Shown: positions 11,101-20,418 of the stretch, one piece after another
How positions within the stretch are numbered: the stretch's first letter is position 1
Layout: each line of letters opens with the position of its first letter
Assembly: GCA_965232535.1 (NCBI GenBank)
Contig: CBDDPW010000022.1
Coordinates: 512,519 to 576,518, forward strand
Length of the DNA: 64,000 nt
Source of the DNA: Candidatus Poribacteria bacterium
Lineage (GTDB): Bacteria; Poribacteria; WGA-4E; JAJDTR01
Direction: 5' to 3'
Notes under the pieces: model-generated
The model's database searches: none
Told to the model about the DNA's origin: nothing
What the model saw: the letters and a program-made list of their open reading frames with translations, nothing else
Position numbers and translations under genes: made by a program

Positions 11101-12321
11101 ATGTTTGACAGCCTGACTGAACTCCGTGAGAAAATATTCCTGGGTGAGGACTCAATGATTGAGTTCAAGAGAGAGTTGCCCGAACGAAAAGAACTCTCCG
11201 ATGAGATGGCGGCTTTCGCTAACGACCGTGGCGGGGTGATACTCATCGGTGTTGAAGATAACGGCGGCATCGTCGGGATTGATCGCGAGAGCTTGGAAAG
11301 GGTTGAGAAAACGGTGGTTGAAATATGCCAAGACAGCATCGATCCGCCGGTTCACATTGTGACGGAGAAGTTGTGCATTGACGAGAAGAACCTGATAAAA
11401 ATTGATGTGTCTCGCACCCCGTTTGTGCATCGATCAGCCAACGGTTATTTCATCCGTCAGGGCAGCACCAAGAGAGAGATGACCACCGAGCAGTTAGGGC
11501 GATTGTTACAAAATCGTTCGCAAGTGCATCGTATGGCTTTTGATGAACAGTTCGTGCCGAACACTCACAGAGACACATTGAGCAGATCGCTTTATCAGCG
11601 GTTTATAACCCCTGGCGTGGCTGAAGGCGAAGAGGAGAACCTGCTCCTTAAGCGGCGTTTGCTTGTCAAGGAAGGCGAGAATTACCGAGCATCCGTCGCC
11701 GGGGTGTTGATGTGTCATCACAAACCCGATGATTACCTCTATAATAGTTTCATTCAGGCGGTCTATTACAATGGCGTGGAAAAGGATGCCAACTACCAGA
11801 TTGACGCCAAGGATTTCAAGGGACCGCTGGATGAACAAATTGTGGACGCCTTCAAATTCGTTGAAAAGCACAACCAAGTGTCCGCGCGAAAGGAGATTGG
11901 CAGAATCGAGCGGCCGCAGTACAGCATGAGAGCCGTTTTTGAGGCAGTCGTTAATGCCGTCGTACACAGAGATTACTCAAAAGCTGGCTCAAAAATTCGA
12001 CTGTTTATGTTTGCGGATCGGCTGGAGCTTTATTCGCCCGGTGCGTTGGGGTACACCTTGACTGTGGAAGATTTGCCCTATAACCAAGCGACCCGTAATG
12101 AGCTCCTTGCCCGGCTACTTTCGGAAACGACGCTTGAGGACCATCTGGCAACTAAGACAACCCGGCGCCACTTTTTGGAACGCCGCGGCGAGGGCGTCGG
12201 TATCATTCTGAACGAGAGCGAGAGACTGAGCGGTAAAACGCCGGTATACGAGGTGTTTGGCGAAGAATTACGCTTGACAATCTTCGCGGCGGAATCTTTG
12301 CAAGACGACATTGCTGTCTGA
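11101..12321 (+). CDS. AlbA_2/Schlafen-domain protein with HATPase_c_4-like domain
   Basis: GEDSMIEFK, AFANDRGGVILIGVED, EAVVNAVVHRDY, SPG, ERRGEGV. Confidence 0.85.
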   Translation: MFDSLTELREKIFLGEDSMIEFKRELPERKELSDEMAAFANDRGGVILIGVEDNGGIVGIDRESLERVEKTVVEICQDSIDPPVHIVTEKLCIDEKNLIKIDVSRTPFVHRSANGYFIRQGSTKREMTTEQLGRLLQNRSQVHRMAFDEQFVPNTHRDTLSRSLYQRFITPGVAEGEEENLLLKRRLLVKEGENYRASVAGVLMCHHKPDDYLYNSFIQAVYYNGVEKDANYQIDAKDFKGPLDEQIVDAFKFVEKHNQVSARKEIGRIERPQYSMRAVFEAVVNAVVHRDYSKAGSKIRLFMFADRLELYSPGALGYTLTVEDLPYNQATRNELLARLLSETTLEDHLATKTTRRHFLERRGEGVGIILNESERLSGKTPVYEVFGEELRLTIFAAESLQDDIAV

Positions 12322-12788
12322 ACTGTGATTTTTGTGATGAAGTGATGGACTATGATTAAAGAGGAGTATAAGTATTCGGCGTTGACGGAAAAAGTGATTG
12401 GCTGTGCCATGCGGGTACATTCTAAGTTAGGCAGTGGATTTCAGGAAGTAATCTATCAGAGGGCATTAGCGCTCGAAATGGCTGCTCAAAAAATTCATTT
12501 CAGTCGTGAGCATGAGATGCCTGTCTACTACAGAGAGCAACAAATTGGCACGCGAAGAGCCGATTTCTTGATAGAGGGCGTTGTCTCCGTCGAATTGAAG
12601 GCTATTATCCAACTGGATGACATCCACCTGGCGCAAGCAATCAACTATCTGGAGGCGTACAATCTGGAGGTTGGGTTGCTAATCAACTTTGGCGCACGAA
12701 GCCTTGAATTCAGAAGAGTTACGAACACAAAACTTTAATCAACAAAATCATGGCAATCACCATAATCTCATGAATCACAGTTCAGACA
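12315..12788. mobile_element. Unit bounded by inverted repeats, carrying the GxxExxY gene
   Basis: Perfect 16-bp inverted repeat TGTCTGAACTGTGATT (12315-12330) / AATCACAGTTCAGACA (12773-12788) with 9-bp-periodic GAT/ATC subterminal repeats. Confidence 0.65.
12352..12738 (+). CDS. GxxExxY family protein (PD-(D/E)xK-like)
   Basis: LGSGFQEVIYQRAL, RADFLIE, VELKA, QAINYL, GLLINFG. Confidence 0.95.
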   Translation: MIKEEYKYSALTEKVIGCAMRVHSKLGSGFQEVIYQRALALEMAAQKIHFSREHEMPVYYREQQIGTRRADFLIEGVVSVELKAIIQLDDIHLAQAINYLEAYNLEVGLLINFGARSLEFRRVTNTKL

Positions 12789-12801
12789 AAGGGAAAAAAC
12801 C

Positions 12802-15800
12802 ATGGCAGAAAACACCTCACTATTCCCTTCCGGTATTCGTGATAACCGCCATCGCGGCACGGTCGGCAGATTCCTGCAGGACTATATCAAAGACGGATCG
12901 TCACTCTCTATCGTCTCAGCCTACTTCACGATTTACGCCTTCGACGCCTTGAGATCGTCTTTGCTCGGAATCAATGACCTTCGCTTCCTCTTCGGCGAAC
13001 CGCGATTCATCAACCGGTTAGATCCCGAAAGAACGGAAAAGAAATCATTCATCATAGACAGCGGCGGCTTGCAGTTGACGAACCAGCTTGAACTCAAGCG
13101 GGTGGCAAGGGAATGCGCCGCGTGGATTGAAGACAAGGTCGAGATTCGCTCAATCCAAAAGGAAAACCTGCTGCACGGCAAGATGTACCACATCGACGAT
13201 ACCAACCGGGAACACGCGATTCTCGGTAGTTCCAACTTCACCGTGCGCGGCTTGGGATTGGGCGAAAGTGAAGGCAACATCGAACTCAATTTGAAGGTTG
13301 AGGACAACCGGGATGTTACCGACCTGAAACAATGGTTTAACGAACTGTGGTATGACGAGAAACAGGTCGTGGATGTTAAGGATGAAGTGTTGTCCTACCT
13401 TAATCAACTCTATGAGAATTACGCGCCGGAGTTCGTCTACTACAAGACGCTTTATCATCTCTTTGAGCGGTACTTGAGCGATCAGGAGGGGTGGGGCCTG
13501 CTGGACACACCGCCGCAACTCGTCGACACGCAAATCTGGAACGCGCTCTACGGTTTCCAGAAGGACGGCGTAAAAGGGGCAATCAACAAAATCCTGACGC
13601 ACAACGGCTGTATTATCGCAGACAGCGTCGGCTTGGGAAAGACATACGAAGCCCTTGCGGTGATAAAATACTTTGAACTGCGCAACGAAAACGTGCTGGT
13701 GCTATGTCCCAAGAAACTACGAGAGAACTGGACCATCTACCCTGCATATACGGGCAACACACTCAATCCCTTCCCAAATGACCGCTTCGGCTATACCGTT
13801 CTCTCGCATACTGACCTGAGCCGGGCGGACGGCATGTCGGGGGATGTGGATCTGTCGTCGTTCAATTGGGGTAATTACGGTCTGGTGGTTATTGACGAGT
13901 CGCACAATTTCCGAAACAACACCCCCGGAAAAAAAGATCGGGACGGCAACCTGATACGCTTGAGCCGCTACAAACGGCTGATGGATGACATTGTCAAGAG
14001 CGGCGTAAACACCAAGATGCTGTTGCTGTCCGCGACGCCGGTCAACAACGATCTACGCGATCTGCGCAACCAACTTTACTTTCTTACAGAGGAACGCGAC
14101 GACGCTTTCAAGGATTCACTCGGCGTCGCCAATCTGAGAGAAACCATCTCAAGCGCCCAAACCGCCTTCAACAAGTGGGCAAAGCAGGAGGGGACGCGCA
14201 GCAGCCAGAATCTGCTGGAAGAACTGAGTACCCACTTCTTCAGACTGCTTGACGGTTTGACCATCGCGCGGTCGCGGAAGCAAATTCAAAAATACTACCC
14301 CGACTCGATGAGAGAATTGGGCGGCTTCCCGAAACGCGGCAAGCCCGAATCCATCTATACCAAAATAGATCTCAAGGATGAGTTCCTGTCTTACGACGCG
14401 CTGAACGATGAGATTTCCGAGTATCAACTGTCGCTCTACAATCCGACCAAATATCTCCGACCCGAACACGAGTCCGAATACAACTTGGAGTTGGTAAAAA
14501 ACTTTACGCAGATTGACCGTGAGCACTTCCTGATTGGCATGATGAAGGTAAACTTCCTCAAACGCTTGGAGAGCTCCGTCCACTCCTTCAAGATTACGCT
14601 GGAGCGTACGCTTGATAAGATTGAAAAGTTGGAGGAACGTATCCGGCGGTTTCAGGAGTTCCGCGACGAAAACCCCGACCTCGATCCGGCGGAGATGGAG
14701 ATTGACGCCGGTGATGACGAAGACCTGCAAGCGGCTTTGGAGGTGGGGAAGAGCCTGAAATTCAAGACGGCGCACCTTGACGTGGAGCGGTGGTTGGAGG
14801 ATTTGCGGCAGGACAGAGAACAGCTTGAGCGCCCCCTCCGCTCCGCGGAAAAAGTCAACCCGGCCCGTGACGCAAAGCTCACCAGACTGAAGCAGTTGAT
14901 TCGAGAGAAAGTTAAGAATCCTTCAACCACCAAGCGTGGAACTCTAAATCGAAAGGTATTGGTATTCACCGCCTTTGCGGATATCGCCGACTACCTCTAC
15001 GGGGAGTTGCATGAATGGGCGCAGACGGAATTGGGCATCCGTACCGGGATGGTGACGGGGGGCACCATGCCCAACAGAACCACCCTGGGCAAAACCAACT
15101 TTGTCGACATCCTTACCAATTTCTCGCCAATTGCGAAGAACCGGAGCAGCGATAGGGAAATGCTTCAGGACGAGGAAATAGACCTACTCATCGGCACGGA
15201 TTGTATCTCGGAAGGCCAGAACCTGCAAGACTGCGACTACCTGATCAACTACGACATCCACTGGAATCCGGTGCGCATCATTCAGCGCTTCGGACGGATT
15301 GACCGTATTGGAAGCGTCAACAACCGAGTTCATTTAGTGAACTTCTGGCCCACCCCCGACCTGAATCGTTACATCAACCTGAAAAATCGGGTTGAAGCGC
15401 GGATGGCGCTGGTGGATGTCACGGCTGCGCAGGGAGATAACCTGCTTGACCCCGACGCGCTCTCCGAAGCCATTGAAGGGGACCTCAAATACCGCGACCA
15501 ACAACTCCTGAAACTTCAAGAGGAAATCCTTGACCTTGAAGAGTTTGACGAAAACGTCTCCCTCAACGAGTTCACGCTTGACGATTTCCGTATGGAACTC
15601 ATCAGGTACATCGAAAGCAACAAAAAGAAACTTGAGGAGGCGCCTTTCGGGCTTTACGCCGTTGTGCCTCCGCCCGCGGGAGATCCGATAATTAAACCCG
15701 GTGTTATCTTTTGCCTCAAACAGAAATCGAAGTCGGAGGAGAACGAAAAGTTGAATCCGACCCATCCCTACTTCCTGGTCTACGTTCGAGAGGAAGGCGT

Positions 15801-16206
15801 CGTGCGGTTTACGTTTGCCCAGCCGAAGCAAATCCTTGAGATGTACCGTCAATTGTGTGAGACGAAGACCAGTCCGTATGACGAACTCTGTGCGTTGTTC
15901 GATGAACACACGGAAAACGGCGCCGACATGTTGGGTTACGACAAACTACTCCGGGAAGCCGTTAAATCCATTTCGCATACCTACGAGAAGCGCGCTTTCA
16001 CCAATCTTCGATCCGGTCGCGGCGGGGTATTGCCGCTCGAATCCGAGCAGGTTGGCGACACGACGGATTTTGAGTTAGTGACGTGGTTGGTGATTAAGGA
16101 CGAATCGTCTCCCATGAAGCTGAATGAGCTTCTGGATCAAGTGACAGAGTACAATATTCATGGCGAAGTTGACACCGGTTCTCCGGTGGGGCGTGAAGAA
16201 TGGTAA
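12802..16206 (+). CDS. PLD nuclease-SNF2 helicase with C-terminal MazE-like tail
   Basis: HGKMYHID...GSSNFT (PLD), ADSVGLGKT, DESH, SAT, SEGQNLQ, WNPVRIIQRFGRIDR; last 30 aa MKLNELLDQVTEYNIHGEVDTGSPVGREEW. Confidence 0.9.
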   Translation: MAENTSLFPSGIRDNRHRGTVGRFLQDYIKDGSSLSIVSAYFTIYAFDALRSSLLGINDLRFLFGEPRFINRLDPERTEKKSFIIDSGGLQLTNQLELKRVARECAAWIEDKVEIRSIQKENLLHGKMYHIDDTNREHAILGSSNFTVRGLGLGESEGNIELNLKVEDNRDVTDLKQWFNELWYDEKQVVDVKDEVLSYLNQLYENYAPEFVYYKTLYHLFERYLSDQEGWGLLDTPPQLVDTQIWNALYGFQKDGVKGAINKILTHNGCIIADSVGLGKTYEALAVIKYFELRNENVLVLCPKKLRENWTIYPAYTGNTLNPFPNDRFGYTVLSHTDLSRADGMSGDVDLSSFNWGNYGLVVIDESHNFRNNTPGKKDRDGNLIRLSRYKRLMDDIVKSGVNTKMLLLSATPVNNDLRDLRNQLYFLTEERDDAFKDSLGVANLRETISSAQTAFNKWAKQEGTRSSQNLLEELSTHFFRLLDGLTIARSRKQIQKYYPDSMRELGGFPKRGKPESIYTKIDLKDEFLSYDALNDEISEYQLSLYNPTKYLRPEHESEYNLELVKNFTQIDREHFLIGMMKVNFLKRLESSVHSFKITLERTLDKIEKLEERIRRFQEFRDENPDLDPAEMEIDAGDDEDLQAALEVGKSLKFKTAHLDVERWLEDLRQDREQLERPLRSAEKVNPARDAKLTRLKQLIREKVKNPSTTKRGTLNRKVLVFTAFADIADYLYGELHEWAQTELGIRTGMVTGGTMPNRTTLGKTNFVDILTNFSPIAKNRSSDREMLQDEEIDLLIGTDCISEGQNLQDCDYLINYDIHWNPVRIIQRFGRIDRIGSVNNRVHLVNFWPTPDLNRYINLKNRVEARMALVDVTAAQGDNLLDPDALSEAIEGDLKYRDQQLLKLQEEILDLEEFDENVSLNEFTLDDFRMELIRYIESNKKKLEEAPFGLYAVVPPPAGDPIIKPGVIFCLKQKSKSEENEKLNPTHPYFLVYVREEGVVRFTFAQPKQILEMYRQLCETKTSPYDELCALFDEHTENGADMLGYDKLLREAVKSISHTYEKRAFTNLRSGRGGVLPLESEQVGDTTDFELVTWLVIKDESSPMKLNELLDQVTEYNIHGEVDTGSPVGREEW

Positions 16207-16553
16207 GACCAACCAACTACGTTCCACGACGCGGTGATGCGGTGTGGGTTGACTTCAATCCTCAAGCCGGGCACGAGCAAGCGGGACGGCGTCCTGCCGT
16301 TGTACTATCACCAGAGTCTTATAACAGCACCGTAGGTCTGGCAATTCTGTGCCCAATTACCAGTAGAGTGAAGGGGTATCCTTTTGAGGTTACAATCCCA
16401 GCCGGGCTAGATGTAAATGGGGTTATTCTTGCGGACCAACTCAAGAGCGCGGATTGGCGTGTGAGAAATGCGGAGTTGATATGTTCTTTGCCCATGACCA
16501 CAGTTGACACAGTTTTGCAGAGAGTCCAAACGCTCTTAGGAAGAGATGGTTAA
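16200..16553 (+). CDS. mazF: MazF endoribonuclease toxin
   Basis: YVPRRGDAVWVDFNPQAGHEQAGRRPAVVLSP...CPITSRVKGYPFEV...ADQLKSADWRVR. Confidence 0.96.
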   Translation: MVRPTNYVPRRGDAVWVDFNPQAGHEQAGRRPAVVLSPESYNSTVGLAILCPITSRVKGYPFEVTIPAGLDVNGVILADQLKSADWRVRNAELICSLPMTTVDTVLQRVQTLLGRDG

Positions 16554-16563
16554 CTATTTGGCT

Positions 16564-17556
16564 CAAGTAACAAATCAAGGTGTTTTCAAGGTCGTTGGGT
16601 GCGCCGACAGAACGTGCTGTGGTAGCATCTCATCATTCCTTTCGGGATGATTCATTCAGCAAGCACCACTCGTTTTTCAATCCTCGGTTAGCTTTGAAAA
16701 AGCGTTCCTTAATAGCGCGCCATTATCCCTGTCGGAATAATTCTTTCAGCAAGTAACTACCTCACATTTCCATGTAGGAGGGGCATCTTGCCCCGACGGT
16801 TTGTCTATAGCGCACATTATCCTTGGCGGAATAATTCTTTCAGCAAGTAACACTCATCTTCGGATCTATGACAGGCTTTGGGGAGGTGTTCCTTCGTAAA
16901 ATGCTTTTCACTCCAGAGGATCAAGCGACTGAATAGGGAGCGCGATAGTAAATCCTATGCAATGTCAATAGAATCGCGGTGTCTCCCAATCTCCGCGCTC
17001 CAGCGGAGCGCAATGTGTCTAGCGCATCATCAAGTGTCACTCATATTTCGTTCTATGGCTAGCTCTGAAAAAGTGTTACTTGGTAGCGCCCCATTATCCC
17101 TGTCAGGATAATTCATTCAGCAAGTAACACTCATTTTTCGCTCTATGACAGGTTTTGAAAAAGCGTTCCTTCGTAGAATGGTTTCACTCCAGAGGAGTGA
17201 GATGTCAATAGAACACGATTCCCCATCGCGTCTGCACTCCAGAGGAGTGCAATGTGGAGTGTTACTTGAGAGCGTGCCATTATCCCTGTCGCGATAATTC
17301 TTTCAGCAAGCAACACTCTTGTACCGCAAACTGTCAGTTTGTGATCACAATTCATCAGCGGTACACGTTCATTTTTCGCTCTATGGCTGGCTTTCCGAGA
17401 GTGTTACTTGATAGCGCGCCATTATCCCTGTCGGAATAATTCTTTCAGCAAGCAACACTCTTGTACCGCAAACTGTTAGTTTGCGATCGCAATCCATCAG
17501 CGGTACACGTTCATTTTTCGCTCTATGACTGGCTTTCCGAGAGTGTTACTTGATAG
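16564..17556 (+). repeat. Array 1: 34-bp hairpin repeat alternating with IS110-ended mini-elements
   Basis: CGCGCCATTATCCCTGTCGGAATAATTCTTTCAG-like copies at 16626, 16716, 16811, 17087, 17273 and 17415, each followed by CAAG(T/C)AAC and most inserts closing with a GTGTTACTTG-NN-AG-like end. Confidence 0.9.
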
Positions 17557-17557
17557 G

Positions 17558-18547
17558 TCATAATTGGGTTAGCGAATCCGCTCCGCTTAGGAATCCTTCA
17601 ATCCACGGGCGTACCCGCTCGCGCATACCTCCAAGATCGTGGAGATGCAGCCACAGCGTCATGCCCCGGAGGTAGGCGAGCCTGAGATGTGCGGGGAGAG
17701 CGCTTCGTTCCTCTTCTGTTAAAGGACAAACCGCCTCGTAAGCTTCAAGGAAAATAGACTTTTGCTGGGGCGTTAAAGGAGTGTCTTGGTAAACGGAGGG
17801 GAAGAAGACCAAGGCGTACGCGAGATCGTAGGCACGGTTGGCGGGTCGTGCGGAGTCGAAATCCAAAATAGCTTTCACTTTTCCCTCGGCATCGAATTTC
17901 AAATTTTGTGCGCGATAGTCGCCGTGGATAATCCAGTCTCCGTCGTCCGACTCGGAGATTTCCGCCGCCAATCTTTCCACTTCCCCCATCCATTCATCAA
18001 TCCGATTCCGCGATACGGGATACCCGTCAGCTTCCGACGCGGCGATACGTATCCGTTCAAGCCGCAGGCGCAGCAGATTGATAACCTCCTCGTGCATAGG
18101 TAGCCACTTGAAGCCGACCGTTGGTTGAAAGCCCTGCAATTTTCTGTGAATGCGTCCCAGGGTTTCGCCCGCGGAATGCAGCGCTCCAATCGGTTGTGCA
18201 ACGTCGTAACCCTGTCCTTCCACGAATTCAAAAATCGCGTAGATGTCGCTTCCTTCAACCGATAGCGTGTCGCCGTCACGATTTCGGAGGAGGCGAGGGA
18301 TAGAGAACTCCGGTTTCCCAAGATATTCCTGTACCGCATGGGTGAAGGCGATGCGGGGGATGTGCATTGACGGGCTGAGGTCAAGGTCGGATGCAGGTTT
18401 ATAGCGTTTTAGAAACAGTTTTCCCTGATCGGTATTGAGCGCCATTGTGGAACTCATGGCGCCTGTACCTATCGGGACAGCGGTGGTAACCTCTAGTCCG
18501 TAGTGTTGGTGGATATTTTCCTCTTGCTGAGGCGAAAGCGATTCCAT
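17558..18547 (-). CDS. APH/homoserine kinase type II-like phosphotransferase
   Basis: LFLKRY, IIHGDYRAQN, ILDFD, YDLA motifs. Confidence 0.88.
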   Translation of the reverse strand: MESLSPQQEENIHQHYGLEVTTAVPIGTGAMSSTMALNTDQGKLFLKRYKPASDLDLSPSMHIPRIAFTHAVQEYLGKPEFSIPRLLRNRDGDTLSVEGSDIYAIFEFVEGQGYDVAQPIGALHSAGETLGRIHRKLQGFQPTVGFKWLPMHEEVINLLRLRLERIRIAASEADGYPVSRNRIDEWMGEVERLAAEISESDDGDWIIHGDYRAQNLKFDAEGKVKAILDFDSARPANRAYDLAYALVFFPSVYQDTPLTPQQKSIFLEAYEAVCPLTEEERSALPAHLRLAYLRGMTLWLHLHDLGGMRERVRPWIEGFLSGADSLTQL

Positions 18548-18743
18548 TTGTTTGGGCGTTTACCTCAATTTAACGACTTCTCGCGATATTTTCAATCGTA
18601 GCGAAATCGTTGTCAAGTTTTAATCGAGATTGATTTCGCTTTGGTGATGGAGATTGTGCCAAAAAGGAATGGTGAGCCGTGCCCACCCTACTACAAGCAA
18701 TACGCATCTGATTTTGCATTGACAACTTTACACGTGTATAGTA

Positions 18744-18913
18744 ACCAATGGTGCTAGTATATGTAGTATTTAAATCATAAATGACATACTATATACTGAC
18801 ACGATGATGTGCGATTATGCGCGGTTGACAAATGTTGCGCCTACCTGACCTGCTAACAACCTAGATATAGTATGTCATTGAAAATCATGTACCAATTAAC
18901 TAGCACCAAAGGT
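18744..18913 (+). mobile_element. 170-bp MITE, copy 3
   Basis: Same TIRs, TAGTA target duplication. Confidence 0.95.
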
Positions 18914-19022
18914 TAGTATGATAAGGAACGGACTAATAAGTTGCGGAGTGGATGCGCTACTCTTCAAATTGCCGATTTCCCGTGTTCGAACGGGGCGGCG
19001 CTTCGGCTTCGCGCGTACTTAA

Positions 19023-19283
19023 AAACCTGTTTGAAATGCCGTTTCGAGTAAAATCATGCGTGTCGAAACCGAGTTTTTTCTTCAAAACTTGGTTTCTTTC
19101 TCGCACAATTCTGTAGGATCAACCGACTGAATAGGGAGGGCGATAGAGATCCTTCAACCGACTGAATAGGGAGGGATCAAGTGAGTGAATAGCGAACGCG
19201 ATAGAGATCCTTCAACCGACTGAATAGGGAGGGCGATAGAACTCCCCTGCGCACCTGACAAATCGTGCGTTTCAAACAGGCTT
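19023..19283. mobile_element. IS5-type MITE containing tandem 35-bp micro-repeats
   Basis: Ends AAACCTGTTTGAAA / TTTCAAACAGGCTT resemble the IS5 TIRs at 25281/26231; TAA flanks on both sides. Confidence 0.75.
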
Positions 19284-19702
19284 TAAGAGTGACCTTTATG
19301 GCGACGAACTTTTTTTCTGTTAACATCTTGTTCACATTTGCTTACCTATGGACCCACGCTATCAAAGGAAAGTACTGAATCAAACCATGTGAACACCCTC
19401 TTGAAATCATGCCTCCGTTCACATTTTTGTACCTATATTTTGGGGAATTTTACAAGAGAAATAGGTACAAGTTCAGCCGAAAACGTCCGAAATGGGTAGT
19501 AGATCGGCATTTTGTTCACATTTTCGAGTTCTTGAGCGACAGAACAAGGGGCAATCAAAGGACCGTGAACATCTACTGATTTTATACACCTTCCACTCCG
19601 ATGATGTTGTAGTGTGAAGGGCCCATGAAGCCGCAAACAGCCGCCATGGTTAGTTTGAACGCGAGGCCGATGAAGTGATTTCAGATGCTTTTTCCTATAG
19701 AG

Positions 19703-20150
19703 CATGCCATTATCCCTATTGGAATACTTCTTTCAGCAAGTAACTGCCTCACATTTCCATGTAGGAGGGAATCAAGCGAACGGATAGTGAGTAATCAAGT
19801 GAATGGATAACGAACGCGATAGAGCTCCCATAAAGATCTTCTTGCCCCGACGGTTTGTCTATAGCGCACATTATCCTTGGCGGAATGATTCCCTCATCAA
19901 GCGACACTCAACTCTCGCTCTGTGACTGGTTCCGAAAGAGTGTTACTTGGTAGCGTACCATTGTCCCTGTCGGAATAATTCTTTCCACAAGTAACATTCA
20001 CGGGTAAAGGTTCTTAGCCCCAGCGGGGCGGCAGGTGTATAGAAAACCGGAATCCCATAGAAACCTAGCCCCAGAGGGGCGACACGTGTATAGAAATCGA
20101 GAGTGTTACTTGAGAGCGTGCCATTATCCCTGTCGGGATAATTCTTTCAG
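19703..20150 (+). repeat. Array 2: same hairpin repeat and mini-elements, abutting IS110
   Basis: Repeat copies at 19703, 19865, 19954 and 20117. Confidence 0.9.
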
Positions 20151-20172
20151 CAAGTAACACATATGCTACAAT

Positions 20173-20405
20173 AATGAGGTTTGGTTTAGGCATTGCAAAG
20201 ACGGAAATTTTCTTGGTGTTTGTAAACCCGCTTGAGAGCGTCGTCCGGGTTATGCATGTTTTGTTCATTGGTGGACGCAAGCAAGATTCCCTTTCATGGG
20301 ATTTACTGCTTTGGTACCCCGTTTGGTAGACTAGAGATTCGAAGCATAACCCCGCCTGAACCGGTTTTGAAACCCATGTTGTATATTCCGAACCCTATCT
20401 CGGCA
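20173..20405 (+). ncRNA. Candidate IS110 bridge/seek RNA (boundaries approximate)
   Basis: Non-coding region after TGcTACAAT with stems (GGTTATGC/GCATAACC; ATTCCC/GGGATT) and short matches to element junctions; inferred from IS110 biology. Confidence 0.45.
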
Positions 20406-20418
20406 AGGAGAACTCGCC

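Noticed and set aside
18940-19015. tRNA-Sec-like sequence (CTTCAAA and GTTCGAA)
   Set aside because: No anticodon stem, acceptor stem or CCA; a cloverleaf cannot be built.
16626-20150. CRISPR array
   Set aside because: Inserts are unequal in length, homologous to each other and bounded by IS110 ends; repeats are degenerate; no cas genes in the window.
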